NCBI GenBank assembly: GCA_964252075.1
Contig: CAXULY010000022.1
Location: forward strand, 1-64,000
From: an uncultured Deinococcaceae bacterium
GTDB taxonomy: Bacteria; Deinococcota; Deinococci; Deinococcales; Deinococcaceae
Length of the DNA: 64,000 bases
Direction of reading: 5' to 3'
In this document: positions 1-16,034 of the stretch, in pieces
Layout: each line of letters opens with the position of its first letter
How positions within the stretch are numbered: the first letter of the stretch is position 1
Position numbers and translations under genes: made by a program
The notes under the pieces: generated by a model
What the model saw: the letters and a program-made list of their open reading frames with translations, nothing else
The model's database searches: none
Told to the model about the DNA's origin: nothing

Positions 1-4058
<4,058 letters not shown>

Positions 4059-4059
<1 letters not shown>

Positions 4060-4358
4060 TGGACACCAGTGCCTACATTGCCCTCAGCGGCGTGCTGTTT
4101 GCCCTCGGCCTCACGGGGGTGCTGATCCGGCGCACCGCCGTGCTGGTCTTCCTGAGCGTGGAGCTGATGCTGAACGCCGCAAACCTCGCCCTGGTCGCCT
4201 TCGCGCGCGCGTGGGGGGACCTCGTGGCGCAGACGGCGGTGTTCATCGTGATGACGCTTGCCGCCGCCGAGGTCGCCATCGGCCTCGCCATCATCGTCGC
4301 CATCTTCCGCAAGCGCGAGACCACCAACGTCGACGCGCTGCACACCATGAGGGGTTGA
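4059..4358 (+). CDS. nuoK: NADH-quinone oxidoreductase subunit K
   Basis: SVELMLNAANL and AAAEVAIGLA motifs; about 100 aa. Confidence 0.97.
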
Positions 4359-4367
4359 TTCCGGGAC

Positions 4368-6269
4368 ATGCCTCTATACCTGATGCCCCTCTTCCCCCTG
4401 ATCGGCTTCGCGCTCCTGATCCTCGGCGGGCGTGTCTTCAAGGGCACGCTTGGCGGGTGGCTGGCGAGCCTCACGGTGCTCCTCAGTTTCGTGGTGGCCG
4501 CGAGTCACTTCGGCGTGAGCACGCCCGTGCGCGAGACGCTCTGGACGTGGCTGCCCGACATGGCGCGCACCGGGACGGGAGCGCACATCAACCTGCCCAT
4601 CGGCTTCTACCTGGATCAGCTGTCCAGCGTCATGACGCTGGTGGTCACAGGCGTGGGCTTTCTGATTCACGTGTTCGCCATCGGGTACATGCGGGATGAC
4701 CCGCGCTTCAACCGCTTCTTCGCCTTCCTGAACTTCTTCGTGGCCCTGATGCTCGTGCTGGTCCTGGCGGACAGCTACCCCCTGATGTTCGTCGGGTGGG
4801 AGGGCGTCGGCATGGCGAGTTACCTGCTGATCGGCTTCTGGTTCGCGGGGCACAAGGACCACGGCGTGGTGGACGGCATCCACAACTCGAACGCCGCGCG
4901 CAAGGCCTTCATCATGAACCGCATCGGTGACCTGGGCTTTATGCTCGGCATGTTCCTGCTGTTCAGCGCCTTCGGCACGCTCGTCATCCCGGACCTCGCC
5001 GCCCGCACGGACGCCTTGCAGCACGCGAACCGCGCCACGGTGGAACTCGCGTGCCTGTTCCTGCTGGTGGGCGCCATCGGCAAGAGCGCGCAGCTGCCGC
5101 TCACCACCTGGCTGCCGGACGCCATGGCGGGTCCAACGCCCGTCTCCGCGCTCATTCACGCGGCCACGATGGTCACGGCGGGCGTGTACCTGATCTCGCG
5201 CAGCCACTTCCTGTTCGACCTTGCGCCCGTCGCGAGCACCTGGGTGGCGTGGGTGGGCGGCCTCACCGCGCTGTACGGCGCGATCAGCGCGCTCAACCAG
5301 TACGACATCAAGAAGATCCTGGCGTTCTCCACCGTGTCGCAGCTCGGGTACATGTTCATGGCGGTGGGCCTGCACGCATACTCGGCGGGCATCTTCCACC
5401 TCGTCACGCACGCCTTCTTCAAGGCGCTGCTGTTCCTCGCGGCGGGCGCCGTCATTCACGCCCTGCACGAGGAGCAGGACGTGCGGCGCATGGGGGGCCT
5501 CGCGAGCAAGCTGCCGCTCACGCACCTCGTGAGCGTGGCGGGCGTCCTCGCCATCGCGGGCATCCCGATCTGGAGCGGCTTCTTCTCCAAAGACGGCATC
5601 CTGTCCGCCGCGTTCGAGCACAGCCCGGCCCTGTACGTGCTGGGCCTGCTGGTGGCGCTGCTCACGGCCTTCTACATGGGCCGCTGGTACTTCATGGTGT
5701 GGCGCGGCGCGTACCGCGGGCACGCCAAGCCGCACGAGGGCGGCGCGGTGTTCGCGGCGCCGCTGGTGGCGCTCGCGGTGCTGGCGACCATCGGCGGCTT
5801 CCTGAACGTGCCCGCGTTCCTGGGCGGTGGCGCGTCCCTCTCGAACTTCCTGCGGCCCGTGCTGCCCCTCGCGGAGGGCGAGGTGCCCTCGGTCGGGACC
5901 GAGTGGGTGCTCACCATCCTCGCGGTGGCGGCGGGCGTGATCGGGCTGCTGGTCGCCTTCGCGCTGCACCGCCGGAACAATCTCGCGGATGGCCCGCTGC
6001 GCAACGCCAGCCTGCGCGCCCTGTACCTCGACGACCTGTACGACGGCACAGTCGGCGCGGCCAGCAAGGGCATGGCCACCGCCTTCGCCGCCGCGGACCG
6101 CGGCCTGGACGAGGGCGTGGTCGGCACGGGTGAGGTGTTCACGTCGCCCAGCGGCGTCTTCCGGCGCTGGCAGAGCGGCTTCGTGCGCTCCTACGCGGTC
6201 AGCATGCTGCTCGGCACGGTCCTCATCATCGGGTACTGGGCGCTGCACGCGCTGGGGGGCGGCAAGTGA
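4368..6269 (+). CDS. nuoL: NADH-quinone oxidoreductase subunit L
   Basis: GKSAQLPLTTWLPDAMAGPTPVSALIHAATMV. Confidence 0.97.
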   Translation: MPLYLMPLFPLIGFALLILGGRVFKGTLGGWLASLTVLLSFVVAASHFGVSTPVRETLWTWLPDMARTGTGAHINLPIGFYLDQLSSVMTLVVTGVGFLIHVFAIGYMRDDPRFNRFFAFLNFFVALMLVLVLADSYPLMFVGWEGVGMASYLLIGFWFAGHKDHGVVDGIHNSNAARKAFIMNRIGDLGFMLGMFLLFSAFGTLVIPDLAARTDALQHANRATVELACLFLLVGAIGKSAQLPLTTWLPDAMAGPTPVSALIHAATMVTAGVYLISRSHFLFDLAPVASTWVAWVGGLTALYGAISALNQYDIKKILAFSTVSQLGYMFMAVGLHAYSAGIFHLVTHAFFKALLFLAAGAVIHALHEEQDVRRMGGLASKLPLTHLVSVAGVLAIAGIPIWSGFFSKDGILSAAFEHSPALYVLGLLVALLTAFYMGRWYFMVWRGAYRGHAKPHEGGAVFAAPLVALAVLATIGGFLNVPAFLGGGASLSNFLRPVLPLAEGEVPSVGTEWVLTILAVAAGVIGLLVAFALHRRNNLADGPLRNASLRALYLDDLYDGTVGAASKGMATAFAAADRGLDEGVVGTGEVFTSPSGVFRRWQSGFVRSYAVSMLLGTVLIIGYWALHALGGGK

Positions 6270-7681
6270 TTCACGTCCTGATCTTCCTGCCGCTGCTCGC
6301 CAGCCTCATCCTGGCGCTCTTCCCGAACCGCCTGCGCGACGAGGTCGCGACCTTCGCCGCCGCCGCCACACTCCTGATCGGCGTGTGGATCTGGGTGGCG
6401 GGTGGCGCCGCGCTCGTGAGTGTCCCGTGGATTCCCGCGCTCGGCGTGACGTACAGCGTCGCGCTGGACGGCGTGAGCCTGCTGCTGTCCCTCGTCACGG
6501 CCCTCATGAGCCTCGTCGCGGTGGTGTACTGCGCGCGGCGCGTGCAGGAGCCCGGCACCTTCCTCGCGCTGATTCTCGCCATGGAGACGGGCCTGCTCGG
6601 CATCTTCGCGGCGCGGGACCTCGTGCTGTTCTACGTGTTCTTCGAGGACGCCCTGATTCCCGCGCTCCTCATGCTCGCCATCTACGGCAAGCAGCACCGC
6701 ATGGCGGCCCTCCTGAAATTCGGCGCGTACACCCTCTTCGGCAGCCTGCTGATGCTGGTTTCCATCATCGGGTACCGCTCGCTGGGCGGCAGCCTCACCT
6801 TCGCGCTCAGCGACCTGCAGGCGCACCCCGTCACGGGCCGCGCGCAGCTGTGGCTGTACCTGGGTTTCCTCGCCGCGATGGCGGTGAAGCTCCCGCTCTT
6901 CCCGTTCCACGCGTGGCTGCCGGACTTCCATGCGCAGAACCACGACAGCGGCGTCGCGGACGTGATGGGCACCCTGTACAAGGTGGGTGCGTACGGCCTC
7001 TTCCGCTTCGGCGTGGCGCTCTTCCCGGACGCCAGCGAGCAACTCCGCTACCCGCTCATGGCGCTCGCGGCCTTCACCGCCCTGTACGCCGCCTGGATCG
7101 CCTTTAGGCAGACGGACTGGAAGCGCCTGCTCGCCTACGCGGGCCTGTCGCACATGGGCCTCGTGGGGCTCGGCATCTTCAGCCTGGAACCCACCGCCAT
7201 GACGGGCGCGCTGTACCTGCTGGCCTTCCAGAACGTGTACACGGGCGCCCTGTTCCTCGCGGCGGGCATGCTCTCGCAGCGCGTCGGGAACCAGAACGTA
7301 AACCAGGGCGGCGTGATGGTGCAGGCGCCCGCCCTGTCGGGCCTCACCATGAGCCTGTGGTTCGCGTCCATCGCCGTGCCGGGCCTCGCGGGCTTCATCG
7401 GTGAGTTCTCCATCCTGCTCGGCGCGTACCAGGTGAGTCCCTGGATTGCCTTCATCGCGGGCCTCAGCACCATCGCCGCCGCCGCATACGCCCTCACCGC
7501 GTACCAGCGCACGTACTGGCAGGTGAGGCCGCCCGGCACGGTGCCCGCCTGGGACCTGCGCGGCAGTGAGTGGGCGGTGCTGGGCGCGCCGCTGGTCGTC
7601 GCGATCTTCTTCGGGGTGTACAGCGCGCCCGCCCTGAACCTCATTCAGCCCGTCGTGCGGGCGCTCGGAGGCCTCTCGTGA
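6266..7681 (+). CDS. nuoM: NADH-quinone oxidoreductase subunit M
   Basis: AVKLPLFPFHAWLPD motif; operon position. Confidence 0.95.
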   Translation: MIHVLIFLPLLASLILALFPNRLRDEVATFAAAATLLIGVWIWVAGGAALVSVPWIPALGVTYSVALDGVSLLLSLVTALMSLVAVVYCARRVQEPGTFLALILAMETGLLGIFAARDLVLFYVFFEDALIPALLMLAIYGKQHRMAALLKFGAYTLFGSLLMLVSIIGYRSLGGSLTFALSDLQAHPVTGRAQLWLYLGFLAAMAVKLPLFPFHAWLPDFHAQNHDSGVADVMGTLYKVGAYGLFRFGVALFPDASEQLRYPLMALAAFTALYAAWIAFRQTDWKRLLAYAGLSHMGLVGLGIFSLEPTAMTGALYLLAFQNVYTGALFLAAGMLSQRVGNQNVNQGGVMVQAPALSGLTMSLWFASIAVPGLAGFIGEFSILLGAYQVSPWIAFIAGLSTIAAAAYALTAYQRTYWQVRPPGTVPAWDLRGSEWAVLGAPLVVAIFFGVYSAPALNLIQPVVRALGGLS

Positions 7682-9123
7682 TTCAAGCGCCCGACGTGCC
7701 GCTCGCGCCCCTCCTGCCCATCCTGATCGCGCTGCTCGGCGCGGTCGCCGCGACCGCCCTGGGCTTCTTCCTGCCGCGCCGCTCCATCACCTGGATCGGC
7801 ATCGTGGCGCTGCTGCTGAGTGCCTTCAGCATGGTGACCCTCTGGAACAGCGGCGCCACCGCCTTCGGCGGCTCGCTGCGCGCGGACAACGCGGGCCTCG
7901 CCTTCGGCCTCGTGATCGTGGTGGGCAGCGTCATTGCGCTGCTCGTCAGCCTGGACGGGGCGGCGCGCGCCCGGCTGAGCTTCCCGGAGTTCGACGCCAT
8001 GCTTCTGTACGCCGTCACGGGCACGCTGATCATCGCGTTCAGCGGCGACCTCATCACGCTCCTGATCGGGCTGGAGGTCATGAGCCTCTCCGGGTACGTG
8101 CTCGCCACCCTGCAGGAGCGCCGCGAGAGCGAGGAGGCGGGCCTCAAGTACTTCCTGCTGGGCGCCGTGGGCAGCGCCATCCTGATTTACGGCATCGCCC
8201 TCACTTTCGGCGCGACGGGCAACCTCAGTTACGCGGGCATCGCGCGCGCCATCGCCGCGCCGAACTTCGCGAACGGCACCCTCCTCGGCGCGGGCGCGCT
8301 CCTGATGCTGTGCGGCTTCGGCTTCAAGGTCGCGCTCGCGCCCTTCCACCAGTGGACGCCGGACGTGTACAGCGGCGCGCCCACCATCGTGAGCCTGTTC
8401 CTGTCAACCGTCGTGAAGGTCGCGGCCTTCGCGGGGATGCTGCGCGTGTTCAGCGGCGCGCTCGCGGGCTCCGGGTCGTGGGCGGTCGTCATGCAGGTCC
8501 TCGTGATCGCCACGCTGCTCGTCGGGAACCTCGGGGCGCTCTTCCAGCGCAACTTCAAGCGCATGCTGGCGTACTCGGCGGTCGCGCACACGGGTTTCCT
8601 CGCCCTGAACCTGCTCGCGGACCCACGCGCGGGCGGCCCGGCCCTCACGTACTACCTGCTCATCTACACCCTCATGACGGGTGCGGCGCTCGCCATCGTC
8701 GCGGTGCTGCAGCCGGACGAGCGCGGCATCGCCACCACCGACCTGCGCGGCCTGTATTACCGCTCACCCGCGCTCGCCACGGTGCTCGCAGTGTGCCTCG
8801 CGAGCCTCGCGGGCTTGCCGCCCTTCGCGGGCTTCATGGGCAAGTACCTGGCGTTCCAGGCGGCCTTCCAGAACGGCTTCGTCGTGACCACCATCATCGC
8901 CGCCATGACGAGCGTCGTGGCGCTCATCTACTACCTGTACCCGGCGGCCCTGATGTTCATCCCGGACCGCACGCCCGCGCCCTTGCCCACCGCGCCCCGC
9001 CGCGCCACGACCGTGGTGCTGGCCGTCGCGGTGGTGGGCATCACGGCGCTCGGCGTGCTGCCCAATCTCGCCTACGGCTGGGTGGCGAACCCCACCACCT
9101 GGCAGTTCGCCGCGAGCAAGTAG
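7678..9123 (+). CDS. nuoN: NADH-quinone oxidoreductase subunit N
   Basis: EAGLKYFLLG and FKVALAPFHQWTPDVY; GTGA overlap with nuoM. Confidence 0.95.
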   Translation: MIQAPDVPLAPLLPILIALLGAVAATALGFFLPRRSITWIGIVALLLSAFSMVTLWNSGATAFGGSLRADNAGLAFGLVIVVGSVIALLVSLDGAARARLSFPEFDAMLLYAVTGTLIIAFSGDLITLLIGLEVMSLSGYVLATLQERRESEEAGLKYFLLGAVGSAILIYGIALTFGATGNLSYAGIARAIAAPNFANGTLLGAGALLMLCGFGFKVALAPFHQWTPDVYSGAPTIVSLFLSTVVKVAAFAGMLRVFSGALAGSGSWAVVMQVLVIATLLVGNLGALFQRNFKRMLAYSAVAHTGFLALNLLADPRAGGPALTYYLLIYTLMTGAALAIVAVLQPDERGIATTDLRGLYYRSPALATVLAVCLASLAGLPPFAGFMGKYLAFQAAFQNGFVVTTIIAAMTSVVALIYYLYPAALMFIPDRTPAPLPTAPRRATTVVLAVAVVGITALGVLPNLAYGWVANPTTWQFAASK

Positions 9124-9136
9124 GGGAGGACGCGCG

Positions 9137-9170
9137 AGGGGCGGGCGCCGATATGGCGCCCGCCCCTTTT
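9137..9170 (+). terminator. Intrinsic terminator of the nuo operon
   Basis: 13-bp stem AGGGGCGGGCGCC/GGCGCCCGCCCCT followed by T run. Confidence 0.85.
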
Positions 9171-9180
9171 CTGTTGGGGG

Positions 9181-9681
9181 TCAGCCCTGCTTCAGCAGCG
9201 CGTCCAGGCGGTCGAAGACACCCGCGAAACCCTGCTGCATGCCCTCCAGCGCGCCCGTGTAGGTCTGCGTTTCCTCCGCTGTGGCATTCAGCGGCCCGCC
9301 CGTCAGCGTGAGGTGCGTGCGCTGCCCATCCTCCTTCAGCGTGAGGGTGTTCAGGAGTTCCAGCGGCCACGTGGGGCTGAAGGGCGCGCGCACCACGTTC
9401 CCCTGCGCGTCGGAGAAGGCGCTCACGTACACGAGGCGCTCGGGCGGCGTGACCTCGCGGTACACGAAGAGGCCCCACAGGCCCTGACCGTCCGCGCCGC
9501 GCTGGCAGTAATGGAAGCGCCCGCCGGGCCGCACGTCCAGCTCGGCGACTTCCAGCGTGCCGCCCGAGGGATTCCACCACTGCGCGAGGTGCGCGGCGTC
9601 CGTCCACGCCTGGAACACCAGGTCGCGCGGGGCGTCGAAGGTGCGGCTGAGGGTCAGTTCGGCAGTCGTGGGTGTGGTCAT
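9181..9681 (-). CDS. SRPBCC/AHSA1 domain protein
   Basis: SRTFDAPRDLVFQAWTD...WW, LDVRPGG, YREVTPPERLVY; ATGA overlap with the ArsR gene. Confidence 0.9.
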   Translation of the reverse strand: MTTPTTAELTLSRTFDAPRDLVFQAWTDAAHLAQWWNPSGGTLEVAELDVRPGGRFHYCQRGADGQGLWGLFVYREVTPPERLVYVSAFSDAQGNVVRAPFSPTWPLELLNTLTLKEDGQRTHLTLTGGPLNATAEETQTYTGALEGMQQGFAGVFDRLDALLKQG

Positions 9682-10028
9682 GGGGTCTCTCCTTGGTCCT
9701 GCTGGGCCTGCAGGGCTTTGAGGTGGTCGTCCAGGCGGTCGAGGTGCTGGTCCCAGAAGCGGCGGTAGGCGCCAACCCAGTCCGCCACCTCGCGCAGGGG
9801 GGCGGCCTCCAGGCGGCAGGGGCGCCACTGCGCCTCACGCCCGCGCGTGATGAGGCCGGCGTGCTCCAGCACCTTGAGGTGGCGGGAGATGGCGGGGAGC
9901 GTCATGTCGAAGGGCTCGGCGAGTTCCGTGACGGTCGCCTCGCCGCGCGTGAGACGGTTCAGGATGGCGCGGCGGGTGGGGTCGGCGAGGGCGGAGAGGA
10001 CGGTGCTCAGCGGGTCAGGCGCCTGCAT
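9678..10028 (-). CDS. ArsR/SmtB family transcriptional regulator
   Basis: ALADPTRRAIL...AISRHLKVLEHAGLI winged HTH. Confidence 0.93.
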   Translation of the reverse strand: MQAPDPLSTVLSALADPTRRAILNRLTRGEATVTELAEPFDMTLPAISRHLKVLEHAGLITRGREAQWRPCRLEAAPLREVADWVGAYRRFWDQHLDRLDDHLKALQAQQDQGETP

Positions 10029-10060
10029 TTAACGTACCAGTTAATTAACATGTATGTAAA
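10029..10060. promoter_or_regulatory. Tandem palindromic operators, probably ArsR autoregulation
   Basis: TTAAC-N6-GTTAA (10029-10044) followed by TTAAC-N6-GTAAA (10045-10060), an AT-rich island abutting the ArsR start. Confidence 0.65.
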
Positions 10061-10100
10061 ATACGATGCCAACGCTGGAAAGTCAAGCGGCGCCCACGAC

Positions 10101-11477
10101 TCAACCGCGCTGCGCCGCAGTGTACTTGCGCCGCTGCATCGCGCGACTCGCGCGGTCCAGCAACTCCGCCGCGTTCCCCAGGCCCGCGATGCCGCTCGCG
10201 TGTCCAACGCTCGCCGTCAGGTGCCGGTCCTGGTAATGCAACGCGTGAATGGCGCGCTGCACGCGCTCCGCCACGATGGGCGCCACCTGCGCCGTCGCGT
10301 CCCGAATGAGCAGCACGAACTCGTCCGCACCCCAGCGGAACCACACGTCCGTGCCGCGCTGCTCGCGCCGCAGCGTGGTCGCCACCTCCCGCAACATGCG
10401 GTCCCCCGCCGCCCGCCCGAACCGCCCATTGAAGTCGCTGAAGTCGTCGAGGTCCAGCACCAGCACCGTGACGGACTGCCGCTGCCCCCGCTGCCACAGG
10501 CGCTCCAGCGCCAGCAGCAGCGCGGCCCGGTTGCCCAGGCCCGTCAGCTGGTCGGTGAGCCGCAGGCGCCGCCACGACACCCACCCCTCCGTGCTCGCCG
10601 CGAGCGCCCCCAGCACCGGCCCGAGGCTCACCGTCACGCCGGGGAACAGCCAGTCCTGCACGAACAGCGCCGCGGACAGCGCCAGCGTGATGACCGCCAG
10701 CACGAACCCCCAATACCCACGGGCGCCCCACGCGAGCGCCGTGAGCAGCAGCGCGCCCACAAGCGACACCAGCAGGGGCACCGGGCGCAGCGGCGCGAGG
10801 CTCAGGGTGGCGACCGCGCGCGCCTGCATGAGGCCCAGCGGAATGCGGCTCCCGCGCTCGTCCGCGACGCGCTGCCCGCTGCCGTCCAGGATCAGCACGT
10901 GGCCCCGCAGAGCACTTGAGGGCACGCGCCCCTCCGCGAGGGCGTTCAGGCTGAGGCGCTGCACCGCGCGCGGCGCAAGCGCGCGCAGGGGGCGCGGTTC
11001 GTCCGGCGGGCCGTGCGCGCTCACCTGCCGCTCCGCCAGGAACCACCCGAGGCTCGGCACGTGGTCCTGCACGCCCTGCACGTTGAGTGCCGGGGCGTCC
11101 GGCTCGCGTCCCAGCGTAACGCTCGCCACCTGCAGGCCCAGGCCGGGGGACGCCTCGCGCGGCTGCAACCCCAGCGCCAGTTCCGGACTCGCCGCCGCCG
11201 CGAGCGCCACGGGGTCCGGCTGCGCGCCGGGCGGCAGCAGCAGGCCCACCGCGTTCACGCCCGCGAAGCGCGCCGCGAGGGCCGCGCGCACCGCCAGTTC
11301 CGCGCTGCCGCCCGGCGCGTCCGGCACGGCCACCGCCAGCTGCAGCGGGGGCGCCTCGGCCCACGCGCGGTTCAGCACGTCCCACCAGCGCGCATTCACC
11401 GGGAACAACGTGGTGAGCAGCGCGGAGGCGACCAGGGCGACGGCCAGGGTCAGGCGGGCGGGGGAACGCAGCCTCAC
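10101..11477 (-). CDS. Membrane GGDEF-domain protein (degenerate CHASE2-like sensor, TM helices, GADEF motif)
   Basis: TDQLTGLGNR, LDLDDF, RWGADEF, TASVG; GTG start 6 nt after TACACT. Confidence 0.85.
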   Translation of the reverse strand: MRLRSPARLTLAVALVASALLTTLFPVNARWWDVLNRAWAEAPPLQLAVAVPDAPGGSAELAVRAALAARFAGVNAVGLLLPPGAQPDPVALAAAASPELALGLQPREASPGLGLQVASVTLGREPDAPALNVQGVQDHVPSLGWFLAERQVSAHGPPDEPRPLRALAPRAVQRLSLNALAEGRVPSSALRGHVLILDGSGQRVADERGSRIPLGLMQARAVATLSLAPLRPVPLLVSLVGALLLTALAWGARGYWGFVLAVITLALSAALFVQDWLFPGVTVSLGPVLGALAASTEGWVSWRRLRLTDQLTGLGNRAALLLALERLWQRGQRQSVTVLVLDLDDFSDFNGRFGRAAGDRMLREVATTLRREQRGTDVWFRWGADEFVLLIRDATAQVAPIVAERVQRAIHALHYQDRHLTASVGHASGIAGLGNAAELLDRASRAMQRRKYTAAQRG

Positions 11478-11516
11478 CGTGTCAGTGTACGGCGCGGGCG
11501 CGCTACACTTGCCTGC

Positions 11517-13390
<1,874 letters not shown>

Positions 13391-13391
<1 letters not shown>

Positions 13392-14107
13392 TGCGTGCCC
13401 TGCTGCGCCCCGCGCACCTCGCGCTGACCTTCCTCACCACGCTGCCCCTCCCGCATGTCGGGGAGGTGCGGGAGGGGGAGTTCGCGCGCGCCAGCGGCTT
13501 CTACCCGCTCGCTGGGTACGCGGTGGGCGCACTCGTCGCGCTGGTGCTGTGGGCGCCCGTGCCCTTACCTGGTGGCGTGCGCGCGGCGCTCGCGGTGGTG
13601 GCGTGGCTGTGGGCGACCGGCATGCTGCATTTCGACGGCCTCGTGGACAGCGCGGACGCCTTGCTCGTCATGAAGAGCCCGCAGCGCCGCCTGGAGATCC
13701 TCGCGGACGTGCACGTGGGCGCCTTTGGGCTGGCGGCGGGCGTGCTGTCCCTGCTGACCCTATGGAGCCTGCTGGGCAGCGCGCGCCCAATCGACGCGGT
13801 GGCCGCCGCCGTCGCCGCGCGCCTCACGGTGCTGGCCCCCATGAACCTGTTCCCCGCCGCGCGGCAGGAGAGCCTCGGCGCGCGCTCCCGCGAGGGCTGG
13901 TGGCCCGTCGCGTGCCTCGTCGCGGCGCCCGCCCTGCTCATCCCCGGCGCGTGGCTGGCCTTCCTCGCGAGCCTCTTCACGGCCCTCGTCACGGCGGTCT
14001 TCGCGGCGCGGCGCCTCGGTGGCGGCCTGAACGGCGACGTGTACGGCGCGATCATCACCCTCTCGGAACTCGTGGCGCTGCTGGCGCTCGCCCTGGGTCG
14101 GGGGTAG
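13391..14107 (+). CDS. cobS: Adenosylcobinamide-GDP ribazoletransferase (cobalamin synthase)
   Basis: [31 protein letters not shown]. Confidence 0.93.
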
Positions 14108-14108
14108 C

Positions 14109-14945
14109 ATGACGCCCGTGCTGCAGAGCCAACCCATCCTGGACCTCACCTCGGGTGAGGTGACGCAGGCGGTGAACGCGGGCTTCGAGGGCTACCTCGT
14201 GCCCCTTCGCTTCACGCCGGACACCCTGGAGCGCCGCATGCGCGCCGAGCACCTCGACGCGGAGGCCAGCCGCGTGTTCACCCTCGGCGGTCAGGTGGCG
14301 GGCGCCGCGCTCGTCGCGCGGCGGGGCCGCACCAGTCGCCTCGCCGCGATGGGCGTGAGCTCACCTTTTCGTGGGCAGGGGGTGGGCCGCCTGATGCTGG
14401 ATGAGGTGCTGACCGCCGCGCGGGCGAGGGGGGACCGCGCGATGCTGCTGGAAGCCATCGAGACGAACGCGCCAGCTGTGCGCCTGTACACCTCCGCGGG
14501 CTTCACGGTCACGCGCCGCCTCGTGGGCCATGATCGACCCCCAGAGCCTGGCAAGGACGCCCCCTTAATCGAGGTGGACGCCACCGACGTCGCGCACCTG
14601 ATCGCGCGGCACGGCGAGCCGCACCTGCCCTGGATGCTGGACCCCGCCACCCTCGCCGCACACGTGCCCCCCGTGCGCGCCTGGACGCTGGACGGTGAGG
14701 CCATGCTGCTCGCCGGCGAACCCCAGGGTGGGAGCGTCACCCTGCTCGCCCTCGCCACGCGGATGGAGGCACGCAGGCAGGGGCGCGCTCGCCGCCTGCT
14801 GCGCGCCGTCGTGCACCACTTCGGTGGCGTGGGCGTGCGCGTCATCCCGGTGGTGCCTGAGGGACTCGCGCAGGATTTCCTCCTCCGCTGCGGCTTCACC
14901 CCGAGTGCGCTCGCGCAGGTCGAGATGCGCGCGGACCTTGTGTGA
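14109..14945 (+). CDS. Tandem-domain GNAT N-acetyltransferase
   Basis: Two motif-A segments (RGQGVG, RRQGRA) and [11 protein letters not shown]. Confidence 0.85.
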   Translation: MTPVLQSQPILDLTSGEVTQAVNAGFEGYLVPLRFTPDTLERRMRAEHLDAEASRVFTLGGQVAGAALVARRGRTSRLAAMGVSSPFRGQGVGRLMLDEVLTAARARGDRAMLLEAIETNAPAVRLYTSAGFTVTRRLVGHDRPPEPGKDAPLIEVDATDVAHLIARHGEPHLPWMLDPATLAAHVPPVRAWTLDGEAMLLAGEPQGGSVTLLALATRMEARRQGRARRLLRAVVHHFGGVGVRVIPVVPEGLAQDFLLRCGFTPSALAQVEMRADLV

Positions 14946-16024
14946 CCCTTGACCTGCACCTCGTGCGGCACGGCTCGACGGTCCCCAACACCGAGCGCCG
15001 GTACCCGCACCCCGGTGAGGACGCGCCGCTGTCCCTGGCGGGCGAGGTTCAGGCCCGCGCGCTCCGTCTGCCGGCCGGGGCGCTCGCCCTCAGCTCACCC
15101 ACCCGCCGCGCCCTGGAGACGGCGCGCCTCGCGGGCTTCTCGCGGCCCTCCGTGACGCCCGCGCTGCGGGAAGCGGACTTCGGCGCCATGGCGGGCCGCA
15201 CGTGGGCCGAACTGGAAAGCGCGCACGGGCGGGAGCCGCAACGTTGGATTGCGGCGCTCGCGGACCCGGATTCAGACGTCGGGCCACCAGGCGGCGAAAC
15301 CGGACGGGCGTTTCACGACCGGGTCCGTGCGTGGCTCACGGCCCTCCCGGACCAGGGCGGTGTGGTGGCCTTCACGCACCTGGGGCCGCTGCTGGCCGCC
15401 CTGCGCCTCACGGTGGGCCTGAGCGCGGCGGACCTGCCGCCCTGCTCCGCCGCGCACCTGCGCCGGTCGGGTGGGTCGTGGTGGCTGGCGTCCGTTACGC
15501 CCGGCCCGGCGTCCGCCCCGCCCCTGGTCTTTGTGACGGGGGGCGCGCGCAGCGGCAAGAGCGGCCACGCCGAGCGCCGCGCGTGGGAACTCGGCGGTGT
15601 GGCCGTCACGTACCTCGCCACCGCGGAGGCCCTCGATGACGAGATGCGCGCCCGCATCCAGCGCCACATCGGGGACCGCCCCGCCGCATGGACGACCGTG
15701 GAGGTGCCAATCGACGTCCCGGAGGCGCTGGCGCGCGTCACCACGCCCGTCGCGCTGCTGGACTGCCTGAGCTTGTGGGTGAGCAACCTGATGTTCGCGG
15801 ACTTGGATGACGAGGCCGTGCTGGCGCGCGTGGACGCGCTCATTGCATCGGCTCCCACCCGCACCCTGGTGGTCGTGTCGAACGAGGTGGGCAGCGGCAT
15901 CGTGCCGGACAACGCGCTCGCGCGACGCTACCGGGACCTGCTGGGCCGCGCGAACGCCCGCGTGGCCGCCGCCGCTGAGGAAGCGACCCTGCTCGTGAGC
16001 GGCCTCCCCCAGCGCCTGAAGTAG
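14942..16024 (+). CDS. cobU: Fused histidine phosphatase (CobC-like) and adenosylcobinamide kinase/guanylyltransferase
   Basis: N-terminal LVRHG...LREADFG...FTH; C-terminal [37 protein letters not shown], all in one frame. Confidence 0.9.
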   Translation: MTLDLHLVRHGSTVPNTERRYPHPGEDAPLSLAGEVQARALRLPAGALALSSPTRRALETARLAGFSRPSVTPALREADFGAMAGRTWAELESAHGREPQRWIAALADPDSDVGPPGGETGRAFHDRVRAWLTALPDQGGVVAFTHLGPLLAALRLTVGLSAADLPPCSAAHLRRSGGSWWLASVTPGPASAPPLVFVTGGARSGKSGHAERRAWELGGVAVTYLATAEALDDEMRARIQRHIGDRPAAWTTVEVPIDVPEALARVTTPVALLDCLSLWVSNLMFADLDDEAVLARVDALIASAPTRTLVVVSNEVGSGIVPDNALARRYRDLLGRANARVAAAAEEATLLVSGLPQRLK

Positions 16025-16034
16025 AAAGGACACC

